Source of the DNA: Fimicolochytrium jonesii
Taxonomy: Eukaryota
DNA: 64,000 nt
Assembly (NCBI RefSeq): GCF_025526975.1
Contig: NW_026515680.1
Location: 124,001-188,000, forward strand
Reading direction: 5' to 3'
The notes under the pieces were generated by a model. That model saw nothing but the letters and a program-made list of their open reading frames with translations, made no database searches and was not told the origin of the DNA. Made by a program: the position numbers and the translations under genes. Each line of letters starts with the position of its first letter. Position 1 is the first letter of the stretch. Positions 50,489 through 62,502 of this stretch are shown one piece after another.

Positions 50489-51871
50489 ATGTTGAACCTT
50501 ATCAGTAGGTCATCTCGGCGGCCCCTCTCCGTCACTTGGACCTCGGTTGGCGTCAGATCGCTCCATGCTACCCCTATCGCCGGTGACGTGTCTGTCACGC
50601 CCCAGAAAGGTATGTCTGCGTATGGAGAAAGTATAAAGAGTGGAGTTTGCACCCAACCAGCCGACAATCTAACCAAGCGACATTGACCACAGCTGTTGAC
50701 CCCAAGCAGCTCATCCGCAAAAAGCTGAAAGCCATCGGCAAACCCTCAGCGGTCCCTCCCAAGAGGCCGTTGAGCGCGTACGTGCTATTTGCGAACGACC
50801 AGGTCCCGTCGATCCGTGGCTCGTTAAGCGACGTTCCCCCGACTGAGAGGATTGCGTACATTGGTCGCACTGCTGGGCAGCGGTGGAAAGCTTTGGATGC
50901 TAGCGAGAAGCAGGTGCGTTGGTGGAGCGGAAATCTTTGACATGAACATCGTTCATCTGACCTGCGTAATATTGTATTCCCACAATTGCGATGCATAGCG
51001 ATACGCACGCAAAGCCGAACAGGAACGCGAAAACTACGAGCGAGCGTACAAACAATACCTCTCCAGCCGCTCCGCTGCCGACATTCTAATCGAGCAAAAG
51101 CGCAACTTCCTCAACAAAAAGTTGAATCCCACCACCACCGTCAGGCGCGTAAAGCCGGCCACGGACGCCCCCAAGCGTCCCGAAAACATCTACGCTTCAT
51201 TCACCAAACAGGCTTATGCACTCAGCCCCGACCGCCAGCGCCAAGCCTTTGGATCGGCATTGAGTGATTTGTCATTTGGGGAGGCTGGAAAGGTCATTGC
51301 CACTGCGTTCAGGAGTTTGCCCGAGGAGCAGCGACAGGTGTGTATTTCGCCCGATTTCTCAGCCCTTTGATGCATCACTACTTGTTGAACCACTCCCACT
51401 CAATTGATCCAATCTTTTCCTTCACTCCCGCAGAAATTGAAAGAACAATACGACAGAGCCTACTCTTCCTACTCTGACAAACGCGACGCCTACGAACGCG
51501 ACGCCGGGATCGCCACGCTCAGAAAACAACTGGACACGACCACGCGTCTCGCCATCAGGCCCAAACGCATCGTCAAGCGCAAGAAGAAGACCGTCACCAA
51601 GCGCAAGCTCATCAAGACCCGCGCCAACAAGCGCGTCGTCAAGAAGAAGACGGCCAAGAAGGTCGCTGTTGCCAAAAAGAAGAAGACCGCTGAGACCGCC
51701 CGCGGCGTCGCGAAGAAGGCTGTCAGGAAGGCTGTGGGCGCTGCGAAGAAGGCGGTCAAGGCGGTGAAGAAGGTGGTTAAGAAGGCGGCGCCTGTGAAGA
51801 AGACTGTGGCGAAGAAGACGGCAAAGAAGACGACCCCGAAGAAGACTACGGCTAGGAAAGTTAAGGCCTGA
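50489..51871 (+). CDS. Mitochondrial tandem HMG-box nucleoid protein (Abf2/TFAM-like) with Lys/Ala-rich tail
   Basis: Presequence MLNLISRSSRRPLS..RSLHAT; HMG1 PPKRPLSAYVLF..GQRWKALDASEK; HMG2 PKRPENIYASF..FRSLPEEQRQ; KKA/KKT-rich C-terminus. Confidence 0.82.
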
Positions 51872-52780
51872 GATGTGTTGAGGGATGCTGTTGGGGGGGT
51901 TGATTGGTGGGGTGGCGGGGCGGGGCGGCCGATCACCTTTTCCACCAATAGTTGGCTGGCGTTCTGTGATGGAAAGGATGGGTATGATGATGATGGATAG
52001 CCGTTTCTGAAGAAGCGTTGGCTTTGTTTTGGAAATAAAAAATGGAAGTGGTGCTAATCTCGTGCTTTATGGTAATGAGAATCCCCGTTTCTTTGTATAC
52101 TGTGCGCAATCATGATCACCTTCGCTGCGCATATACCACATATATCCATGGGATTTGTTTGAGCGGTTGTCTTCTTGGGTGATGCATATGCAGAAGTAGA
52201 GTGATGCCAGACAGTTCTCGTTCACGGAACCAGGACGTAAGATGTGCCGATGGGAGGTTAGGCAAACCCCAACCGCTGCGGATTGAAAGCAGATACGTTG
52301 CAAGAAAACGCAGAATTCTGTCATGGATGTCTGCAATAGAGGTAAATACTGACTGAGGGGAGCTGGGGGGGGGGGGGGGTGACTTTGAGCGAAATTGGGC
52401 TTACATCGGCAGGCGGTTTCCTTTCGACGTTGGGAGTTTTCTCTGGATTCTGGAGGATTGCCAGCTATTCCCACTCGCAATCGACGAAGAGCGATCTCAG
52501 CTTTGGGATGTGGGGCCCGAGAGCACTGGTTGGGAGTTCTTGGGCAGGCCTGTCACGCTGTCGAATTTGCGGAGAGCCATCCTGTCAATCCGCGAATCCA
52601 ACCAACTGCCGCCCCGGGGAGCTAGTTCGCTTCAAACGCAGGTGCCTCAAACCTTCTTTTCTCGCCGCGAGCCCATCCATCCCCCTTCCCAACATTTCAA
52701 AACGGAAGAAAAAAAAACAGTGTCTACATCCTTCGCGAGTTTTATCTCCGTTGTTCCAAGTGTGGATCAGGCAGCGCAAA

Positions 52781-54529
52781 ATGGCCGACGACTTTCTCGC
52801 CGCCGAAGAAGTCCTCCCGACGATCAAGATCCTCGTTGTTGGAAACGGTAAAAAAAGGGAGCCTCAAAACCATCCTTATGTTCTCGTTAACCCCCTTGGG
52901 GCATTAACGACCATCCTCTCTCACAATCACCCTCATCTCATCGCACACACACCCAAACACCCCACACACAACGAAATGATAACCCCGCACAGGCAGCGTT
53001 GGCAAATCATCGATGATCCGCCGATTCTGCCGCGGGGCGTACAACGCCAACTACAAGAAGACGATCGGGGTCGAGTACCTCGAGAAGGAGGTGGAGGTGC
53101 CGGGGTTTGGCGAAGTGGTGTTGATGTTGTGGGATACGGCTGGTGAGTGGCGATATGAGGGGGGGGACAGGGGGATGGATTATGATGAAGGATGGTATTG
53201 AGATGGAAGATGGGGGCGGGCTCGGTGGGCTCGGAGGGGACGGGCGAAGGGAAGAAGATGCCGGGAGTTTTGCGCCTCGGGTTGTTCCGGCTCGATCGAC
53301 AAGTCACGTCTTCTTCCCGCTGACTAATGCTCTCCGTCATCACATCCACCGACATCATCTGGACCCCCCATTACTATACAGGGCAAGAAGAGTTCGACGC
53401 AGTAACGCAGCAGTACTACAACGGTACGTCCCCACAGTTCATTTGTCGCTTCTGTTCACCGTACCGTATACCCACTCTCACCCCCCCCCCCCCCCCCCCT
53501 CGCCGTTCATCCCCCCCACCACCCACAGACACCGACGCAGTCGCAATAACCTTCTCCACCGACGACCCCACCTCCCTCTCGACGATCCACTCCTGGCACT
53601 CCAAAATCACCTCCTCCTCGCTCACATCGCCGCCGACCGTCGTGCTCGTGCAGAACAAGATCGATCTGAGTAATGTGAGTGGTGGGGTGGAAGCGTAAGT
53701 TTTGGTCTTTTCGGGGGGATTTCGTGGGATGCGGGGTGTGGGGCTGTGGGGACTGACGATGTGGGTGGTTTATTTTGAGAATAGGAAGGACGCGGAAGGG
53801 CTTGCGAGGAGCATGAAGGTGCCGTTGTATAGGGTGTCGGTGAAGGATTGGATTAATGTTGAAGAGAGTGAGTTACGGCGCGGGGGGGTGGGGGGGGGGG
53901 TCTTCCTTTGATTTTCGGTGTGAAAAAAAGAACTGGGCCAGCGCTGACTACTTCGCCCTTTCGGAACCCCTTCGCTAGTGTTCATAAACCTCGCAGAACG
54001 GCATCTAAAAAAGCAGCGGGATCGATACATGGCCGCTGCGGCGTCGACGAGGACGGTGCGGGATACGGATGCGGCTGTGAAAGGTAGGTAAATGCCTGGA
54101 AGTGATCATCCTGCTCCCCCCCTCGAGGTCGTAACGTATGAAACTGATGTGAATGGGCCCCAAGCCACCCGCCGAAAACAACCACAAGACCAACAACCGG
54201 ACGAGGATCCGAGTTGGGCCTCTCCACAACCACAACACCAACAGCAGCAGCAGCAGCAGCAGCAACAAGCCCGCCCAACCACCTCCCGCCCGTCCTCCGC
54301 CGCCCGGCTCCACCACCAACAACCCCACTACACATTGACCCCGCAACCACCAACACCCCACGCAAACCCGCTCGCACCGCCACGCCGTCCAAGCTCTGCG
54401 CGCGCGAGTCCGAGAACGGCTAGCGCGGGGGGATCAAGGCCGGGAACGCGGGGGGCTGTGTCGGGGCCTGTGCAGGATGCTTATAGGGAGAATCTGGCGA
54501 GGGGGAGGAGGGCCGGGGCCGGGGGTTGA
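52781..54529 (+). CDS. RAB23: Rab23-like small GTPase, multi-exon
   Basis: IKILVVGN|GSVGKSSMIRRFCRGAYNANYKKTIGVEYLEK..LMLWDTA|GQEEFDAVT; VQNKIDL; YRVSVK; 3' exon inferred. Confidence 0.8.
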
Positions 54530-55436
54530 GGGGGCCGAAGGTGGGATCATTGATGGGCCTCGGTATAGTTAGCACTTTAGCTTTGTAGGAGCTGGGAATG
54601 TAGGGTAGGGTAGCGATTCGTATAGAGAGAATTCTCTCCCAATGCCCGTTTTTCATGCGGTGCGACTGACTGCTCGCCATCATGTCCTTTGACCCCAACG
54701 GCTTGGAGCCGGGGGGGTTTTGCTGTTATCCCCTTGGTTTCGCATGGACTCTTTATCTCCTCCCCTCGCCTCCGCAACCCCGACCCGTTCCAACATTCAC
54801 AACTCCCCTTCGTCACATCCCTCTTCTTGACATCCCTCTTCTCCAACCCGCCCACCCCCAATATCGTCGTCGTCCCATCCCCCGGGCGTTTCAAAAGAGC
54901 AGATGTCGCTTTTGGAACGCGCGGTGGCCCCCGGCCAAAACGCGTTTGGTGTGCTCTTGCTTTGGGGTCATCACGCGTTTTACTCGGACAAAAAGTCCCC
55001 ATCGATGCAGTGACATCAACCAGCCCCGCAGCCTCACCCGCAGCCCCCCAAACCCACATTCAACCGCCCGTTCTCTGAATCCCCTCCAATGCACATATAT
55101 TCCCTCATCCTTAAACGGCGCCTCATCTATCCAACAAAACAAAAAAAACAAGAGGCACCCCGAAGGAAAACCAGTTGTGTTGTAAAACAACGTTTAGGGG
55201 GATGGTGAGAGTGTGATTGTTTTTTCCGGGGACAAAAAAAAACGGGTGGATATAATGGATAGACAGAGATGCTATGGGGGTTCATCTCCCCCACGTATCT
55301 AAAACTACATGCAAGGAAAAGAAAGAAAAAAACCGACTCCCCGCCTCCCCCTCCCCCCCCCCCCCCCCCGGGCCCCCCGTTTCCAAAACGAATAAGGGAT
55401 GCGAAAAAGCGCGCATGGGGATAGGATAGGAAAGCA

Positions 55437-57533
55437 TCACTCGGACGGCGCCATGAGCCACTCACTCTTCCACAACTCACCCATCCCCCACCTCTCGGCC
55501 ACCTTGACCCTCAACAGGCCCCTGACGACGCTCTTCCCGGCCTCGCTGACGCCGACTTTGTCCAACTTGGCTTCATCCCACTTTCCGTTCATGATCATCA
55601 TCTGCAAGCGGGGCGCAAACCCGTCGTTGAAGGGTAGTGTCCCCGTGAGCATGGCGTAGAGCACGCAGCCGAGGGACCACATGTCGGCGGCGGGGGAGCA
55701 GAGGGTGGTTTGGCGGAGCTCTTCGGGGGAGCAGTAGTGCAGGGAGCCCATAAGGTAGACTGGTTCGTTGGGTTTATTGGTTGTGGTGGTGGGGGGCCCG
55801 CCGTGGAGGGGGTCGCCGCCGCGATGTTCAGGTGTCATTTCCGCCGAGAGTCCGAAATCGGCCAGCTTGGCGTTTCCTTCGTCGTCCAGGAGGATATTCT
55901 CGCATTTGACGTCGCGGTGCACGACCTGGATCTCTTCGTGGAGGTATCTGAGCGCAGACGCGACCTGGCCAAAGATCTTGCACGCGTAGTGTTCGGGTAA
56001 GCGGCCGTGGCGTTTGATCATGTCGAGCAGATTCCCCGCGCCTGCGAGTTCGGATACGACAAACACGGCGTCGTCGGCGTCCATGAGTTCCAGCATCTCG
56101 AGGATGTGGGGGTGCCGTAACCGTGCCCAGATGGTTGTTTCGTGGTTGATGAGGCGTTGGAGGTCCTGTTCGGCTTCGATGTGGGCGGGGTCTTTGATGA
56201 CGATCTTGACGGCGACTTTACCGAGCATTTTGTGCGGGCCGTCGATCACGTCGGCTTCGTAGACGCGGGAGAAGGCGCCCGTGCCGATCTGGTGGCCGAG
56301 GATAAAGTCGCCGACTTGGTCGCCTTCGGTGTAGTCGCCCGGCGGTGCCTCGCGACGAACCGAGCTGTCTGCAAGACCGGCCAGGAAGGAGACGGCGGGG
56401 GATTGGTTCAAGGATGAGTAGGATCCGCTGGTGACGGGCGAGCTGTCGAGGGAGTTGCCTCGCCGCCGGACGATGTTGACCGAGAGACTGTGCCGTGGCC
56501 GCTTGATGCCAATCTGCTCATCCCGCATCCGGGCGTTACAGCTGAACGCTCTGCTGAGTTTGTCCATTTCGGTCGCAGATCCCGTGTATTCGTCGGAGGA
56601 AGGGGTGGATGTGCTGGAAGAGAGGAGGTCGCGCTGGGAGTGGGTTCCGCCAGTGGGTATCTGCACTGGCATGCTGACTGGGGTTGAGTACGCCTTGAGT
56701 AAGGGGGATGGGGTAGAGTATGGTTGGGCGGATGCGAGCGAGTAGGGGTGAGGTGCGTGCGGGTTTGTGGTAAATTTCTGCCCAAAGTAGTCGTTGTTAG
56801 ACCGATAGGTGTGAGAAGAGCCATTGCCCCCATACGCTTTCGGTGCGGCATGTGGGGAGCCTCGGGAAGAGTATCTATCGCGGGTTGGCGAAGTCACTGA
56901 ATAGCCTCCCGGCACCACGTTAGCAGATTGCGGAGCATGTCCATACTGTGGTTGCTGAGATGGCTGCCGTTGTGCCTGCTGCTGCTGTTGCTGCTGTTTA
57001 CAGGTATACGCAGCTGCGGCGGCAGCCAGACTAGCAGAGAGGTTAGAAGCAGAGATGGGACTCTTCAAGCCCTGAGAATCATGTCCGGGGGATGCAGGCG
57101 CTGGAGATCTTGGGGGGCGTGGGGATTGCGGCCGGGGGTGCGGTGGTGGTGTAGCGGTTTGAATTCCTCCCCCAAAGTGATGCTTGCTCATCTCATGCCC
57201 CGCCCCGTCCTGCGCTACAGAGTCCTCTGCACTAGGGGCAAGAGCAGAAGGATGCTCTTCCTGCTGCTGGTGCTGCTGCCCTGCTGCTGTTGTTGCGACT
57301 GGAGAACCCGTTTTGAAGATTCGACGCAGCTTTTCAATACGGGGAGCGACCGCGGGCTCCACTGGAATCTCCGGACGGAGTAGGTTCAATGACCTGTTAT
57401 TCAGTAATTCTATATCTGCGCTGAAATAGTTATCAAAGGCGTATTCCTTTGGAGTGAGCAAGCTGCCAGGCAGTTGGACGGGCTTGTTGAGGGTGACTAC
57501 TGTCGGATAGTTATCGCAGCGGTACCAGTACAT
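55437..57533 (-). CDS. Ser/Thr protein kinase, CAMK group (Nnk1-like architecture, long disordered N-terminus)
   Basis: IGTGAFSRV, VAVKIV, HRDVKCENILL, DFG, GSLHYCSPE, DMWSLGCVLY; upstream exons possible. Confidence 0.92.
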   Translation of the reverse strand: MYWYRCDNYPTVVTLNKPVQLPGSLLTPKEYAFDNYFSADIELLNNRSLNLLRPEIPVEPAVAPRIEKLRRIFKTGSPVATTAAGQQHQQQEEHPSALAPSAEDSVAQDGAGHEMSKHHFGGGIQTATPPPHPRPQSPRPPRSPAPASPGHDSQGLKSPISASNLSASLAAAAAAYTCKQQQQQQQAQRQPSQQPQYGHAPQSANVVPGGYSVTSPTRDRYSSRGSPHAAPKAYGGNGSSHTYRSNNDYFGQKFTTNPHAPHPYSLASAQPYSTPSPLLKAYSTPVSMPVQIPTGGTHSQRDLLSSSTSTPSSDEYTGSATEMDKLSRAFSCNARMRDEQIGIKRPRHSLSVNIVRRRGNSLDSSPVTSGSYSSLNQSPAVSFLAGLADSSVRREAPPGDYTEGDQVGDFILGHQIGTGAFSRVYEADVIDGPHKMLGKVAVKIVIKDPAHIEAEQDLQRLINHETTIWARLRHPHILEMLELMDADDAVFVVSELAGAGNLLDMIKRHGRLPEHYACKIFGQVASALRYLHEEIQVVHRDVKCENILLDDEGNAKLADFGLSAEMTPEHRGGDPLHGGPPTTTTNKPNEPVYLMGSLHYCSPEELRQTTLCSPAADMWSLGCVLYAMLTGTLPFNDGFAPRLQMMIMNGKWDEAKLDKVGVSEAGKSVVRGLLRVKVAERWGMGELWKSEWLMAPSE

Positions 57534-59567
57534 CCGACTATGGATAAGGTAGATATCAACAGATCGCTATCTGCGCAGAAGAGCAGGTGGGGGTGGGAGA
57601 AAGGCTTTTTAGAATAGAAGAAAACACGTCCAAGGCTTCGCGAAGAAGGAGCTTTGAGCGAAGGTATCGCGACAAAAAGAGGTGGGACTCACCAGTTGAA
57701 AAGGCTTGACTGCAAGGTGGCGTTGCCGGAAGGTGAGGCACGACGGAATGCTGGGGGTGTCGTTCTTTTTCGTAGGGAGAATGCGTGTCCGTAAGTGAGT
57801 GGCGAGGTGTTCAGGAGCGTGGTGTTCGGAATGGGGGGGAATGGCCGAGAAGCGAAGTGTGGCGACGACGTAGGTTCCCAAGCCGAGCGGGATATTTGAG
57901 ACGACGGAGGTGGAACAGTGGAGTAGCGTGAGTGAGGGCGAGGGTGAGAGGGTGGGTGAGAGTATGAGGAGTTTCTCAGCAGTTCAGGGAAAGGAGCGAG
58001 AGGCAGTTGCTTAGTTGCGTGGTGGTGGGGCAGCCGAGTATGGCCGAGTATGGTTACAATTCCTTCGGGGGGGGGCAACCAGAGAAACGGACAATCACAA
58101 TCACAATCACATCCATCCATTCCATGACATCCATCGCCCCTCTACTGTCCATAAACTTTTCCTATTAGGGCCCTCTTAATCGGACGCCCATCGCCCAATT
58201 ATTTCCTTCTCTTCAGCACGCGCGCGCGCAACGGGGAACGGGGGCGTTTGTCATGTTTTCTCGTATACTCTTACAGTAATAAGTACCGAGGGAACTCGTG
58301 TGTGTGTGGGGAGGGAGGGAGGGAGGGAGGGAGGGAGGGATGGGGTAAATTGAGACGCCGATGATGATGATGATGAGGTGGATGATGATAACACAATGCG
58401 GTTATTATGAAATGTCGGAGTAACACGCTCCGCTACCCACGGCCCACCCACTGCCCCGGTTCCCACAGTATCTACCATAACGCACACACCCCAATGTGGG
58501 GTCCCCTCGGGGGGCGGTCCTCATGCGATGAACGTATGTAGAATGCCACATGTCACCGACCCCACGTGTGCCGTGCGCTGCCTATTGTCGTTCCCCCCCC
58601 CACACAGAGACGTGTCAGTTTTGTCACTTTGTGGGGATTCTTCCGAATTCAGGGCAAATTACTTTTCTGGCAGCGCGTTGTTGGGCCTTGCTGAACGCGA
58701 ACGAGGGACCACTTCGCCCCAGCACTGCCAGGAGCGTGCATGGCTGCGATTCATCGCAACGATGACCCAGCCTCCACGACGGACGACGGGGTGATGAATC
58801 CTGCATGCATGTCCGTTCTACGCCCGCTCGGCGCTATCCCCGGGCTCTCAACGCTCTCGCTCTCATCCAGACAGCGGATCCCCTTCTGCATCCCGTCCTC
58901 CCAAATTGACTTGGCACTGTCCGAGTTTCACACATCAGTTAACTGCTCCACCATCTCGATATAGGGTCCGACCCACGGCCGAACCACCTCCAACCTTTCC
59001 CCGCACCGGACGGTCGGCCCTCGGGACCGCCCAGAGATAAGCTTTCTGGCCCCTTCGGTGTTACGCGAGATAAGAAGCCGAACGCGCGGGAGGGGCTTGG
59101 ATGGCCTTATTTCTGTAAGTCCTTGTGGTGTGACATGAGGATGGAGGGATCGGCGATGGAGGCCGCGCGTGACTTGCGATTTCACATGCGGTTGTGATGT
59201 CAGTGAAAAGCCTTGGTCGATTTATTGGGGCACGTGACGGACATGGTGGGTTTATTTGGCAATGTGTTTACCTCCATTGATGCAACCGTACGTGTAAAGC
59301 GTTGGGCTGGCTTGGGCAGATGTCCGGGATGCCGTCGAGATGTCGGCATCACTCATTTGCCAACCACGCGAAAACGGCAGCAGCAGCTCGCAAAAGCTTA
59401 GACAGCGGCGAGACTAAAGCCGATGCATCTGTTGTCATCTGTTGTCTCTCCTCCCTTGCTCGCTTCGCCCACGCACGTGCAAATCCCATGTGAATTTTGA
59501 AGGCAGGGCTCAATCATCATCAGCTCCTGCCAATCCTCGCATGGTCCCATGGGCGGTGGTGAAGGAC

Positions 59568-59609
59568 GCATGCGCCAGGTGATGCATGCGCCAGGTGATG
59601 CATGCGCCA
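59568..59609 (+). repeat. 16-bp tandem repeat (~2.6 copies)
   Basis: gcatgcgccaggtgat gcatgcgccaggtgat gcatgcgcca. Confidence 0.85.
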
Positions 59610-61177
59610 GAAAGTCAGGTTTGTGGACGGCTCTTCACATGCCCCCAACGCGTTCCTCTCTGGTCGAAATGGCATGGAGCTCGGACTTTGTCTCGGTGCA
59701 CTCGGACATGTCCAAATCCGGAGCTCGATTGTCAATTGTCCAGTGCACGCTGCAACATGGAACAGCTCGTCGACAGCCGGGGGGTAAGACGTTGCTGGCC
59801 ATCCTTTCTGGTCGAACGGTCGCGATGAAGCTATCCGATGTCAATCTCTCTCGAGCCAAACTTCGACGACAGCCGCGAGCAGGCGCATCAGCCTCATCAG
59901 CGATGATCAGCCTACCACGGGACGTGAATTTGCAGGCCGGTTCGGGTTTTCACATGCAGAGCTGAGAGAACACTTGCACAGGCGTCGATACCCATCTGGA
60001 TCGCCGATATCACCCAAACCGATGCCCCAGAAGCCAGAGCCATGTCCCACTGCGGTAAGCCTCTGGTCGTCGCATGCATGCGCATGTCGGTAAATTTCCC
60101 TTGCTGATGATGAAGTCACTTATTACACAAGTTCTGGCTGACGCCGTTCGTTGTCAAACCCTCATGTGAAAGACAGGAGCCCAGGAAAGCTTCCTGACGC
60201 GTTTGTTTAACGTGTAATAACCGATCATCAACATGCGGTTGTGGGGGGTTGACATGTGAAAACCGGCGAACCGGACCCAAGGGCGCCAAGAACCGGTCTC
60301 CCCACCCCCTGCCGAGAGCCATTGTCAGGTGGGGGCCGCCGCGAGCCGCGACTCGAGCGAGGGGCCGGACGAGAGAGAGACCGAGAGAGAGAGAGATGAT
60401 GAGAGGGCGTGGCAGATCATCGTCCCATGTTCTCTCGTCTCGCACAGGACGGACCAGGGAAGGCCCCACCACCCACGGCGGACAGCTGGCTACGACGATT
60501 CCGTGGATGCGTGCGCCCTCTCTCTCCCCTCTCTCTCTCTCTCGCTCGCTCCCTCGCTCGCTCTCATAACCGGTTTTGAAAAGAAAGAGCCATCCGTTCC
60601 CCAACAAGAAAGGTGAGTGTGTGTGAGTGGACTTCGTGCGCCCTCCCGGCTTAGGCCCCAGCTTCAGGCATATGCTTGGTGTTCCCACCACTCGTGCCCG
60701 TCACACGCTAGCACGCTGACGCCCTGCGCAGAGTGATATTAATATCGAGCGGACCCTTGGGAAAAGAGTGCGTGCATTCTCGCCCCATCGGCCCGTGCCA
60801 TTCTGGGGAATGGGCAGGCAGGGCACTCCGCTCAGGGATGCCGATAGCAGGGTGGTGGTTCTCACAACCTTGAACGCTGAAAGACACGTTGACTTACAAT
60901 ACTGTGTGCTTCGTCTTCGTTTTCTCCCCCTGAACTGATAGTTCAACTTCACACGAACACGAGTGGTGAATTGCGCCGACGCACTCCGCTTGAGTGTTGG
61001 ACCATAAACCCTAGAGCGTTCCAGCTTCGCCCGGAGAGATATATATACCACAGACCACAGAGAATCTTGGACGTAATACCCAACACTGTTGCTAGGGGCA
61101 TCACCAACGAGCAGAATCCGAGAGAGAAACCCCGACTGGCATCGAAACGGAAGACGCCTTCACATAGACCAGACACC

Positions 61178-62502
61178 ATGCAATCTCCAGCAACCCGCCG
61201 GTCAACATCACACGCCTGGGCCCGCGCCAGCGCAGCAATAGCCATCGCATCGCTGCTCGGCAGCGCATATTATATCTGGGCTGCGCGGCGGAAGCCGTCA
61301 TCTGGCGGTGCGGGTGGGAGTGTTGAGGGAGTTGGGGAGCGGTTTGTGAGGGGTGCGGCAGAGGCTTTGGCGGCATCGGCGGCGGTGGCAAAGAAGACGT
61401 GGAAGGGGCAGAGGGTTATGACGATCTCGATGAAGAATGTAGGAATCTGATTGTTTGTGTAGGGGTGTTGGATAGGAGAGAACCATGTTCACTGACTTAC
61501 GTCCTTTTCAACCCTCAGATCGTGGTATGGAACCCATCACCAGACCCCACCACACCCATCTACGCCTTCCGCGAATCCGCCCTCCCCTTCCTCACCAGCC
61601 TCGTCTCAAACCCGCGCAACCAAATCCACCTCATCATGGTCGTCACCTCCGACGAAGAAGAAGCCCAAGTCCGCTCCCTCCTCCTATCCTCCAACCTCTA
61701 CAACCTCGGCCTCGACCCGCGCCGCGTCGTCTTCTGCTCAACAGAAGAAGGCAAAGGCCACATCGTCCGACACATCGAGCCCTCGGTGCACGTCGAGAGC
61801 AACGACGACGTCATCACCAAACTGGCACCGTTCGTGCAACGTATCGTGAGAGTGAAGAAAAAGGTCGTGGCCGCATCCGACAGCGAGGCATCCTCACCCC
61901 CCCAATCCCACCTTTTCAACACCGCAAAATCCGGACACAACCGCTTCCCCTCCCTCTCCACCTCTCCCGGAAAACCAACCTGGCCAATCCTCTCCGGCGG
62001 CGCATCCCTCTCCGGCCGCACATCCAGCGCACCCGGCGGTCTCACCAGCGCTTCAGCCTCCGGGTTACGGCACACCCCACTGTTGCCGACACCCTCGACG
62101 AATGGAATAACCGGCACATCCCCACTAGCCTCCCACGCCATCCCCACCCCGGCCGGCTCAGCCCCGATGTCCCGCCGCCCCTCCTCAGCAGGCGTCGTCC
62201 TCTCCCGCACGCCCACACTCACGTTCGACCTCAACTCCGTCTGTTCCGCCGAACACCTGCCCCTTTCGAGTGAGGCCACCGATCTCTTCCACATGCACCC
62301 GTCGCGTCATCATAATAGTCAGAGTCATAGCCATGGGGACATGATCCATCTCCCTGCTGTGAGTGATACGGAAGACGAGGCGGATCTGTTTGATGCGAAG
62401 GTTGAGGCTGCGGCTCTGGCGGCGGCGGTGATTGGGGAGAGGTTTCCGAATGTGGAGTTTGTGGAGAGTTTGGGGGCGTGTGGGTTGGCTGCGGAGGTGT
62501 AG
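61178..62502 (+). CDS. PEX22: Peroxin Pex22-like (N-terminal TM anchor plus cytosolic domain)
   Basis: TM 'AAIAIASLLGSAYYIW'; 'IHLIMVVTSDEEEAQV..LDPRRVVFCSTEEGKGHIVRHIEPSVHVESNDDVITKLAPFV' resembles plant/protist PEX22; intron ~61440-61518. Confidence 0.75.
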
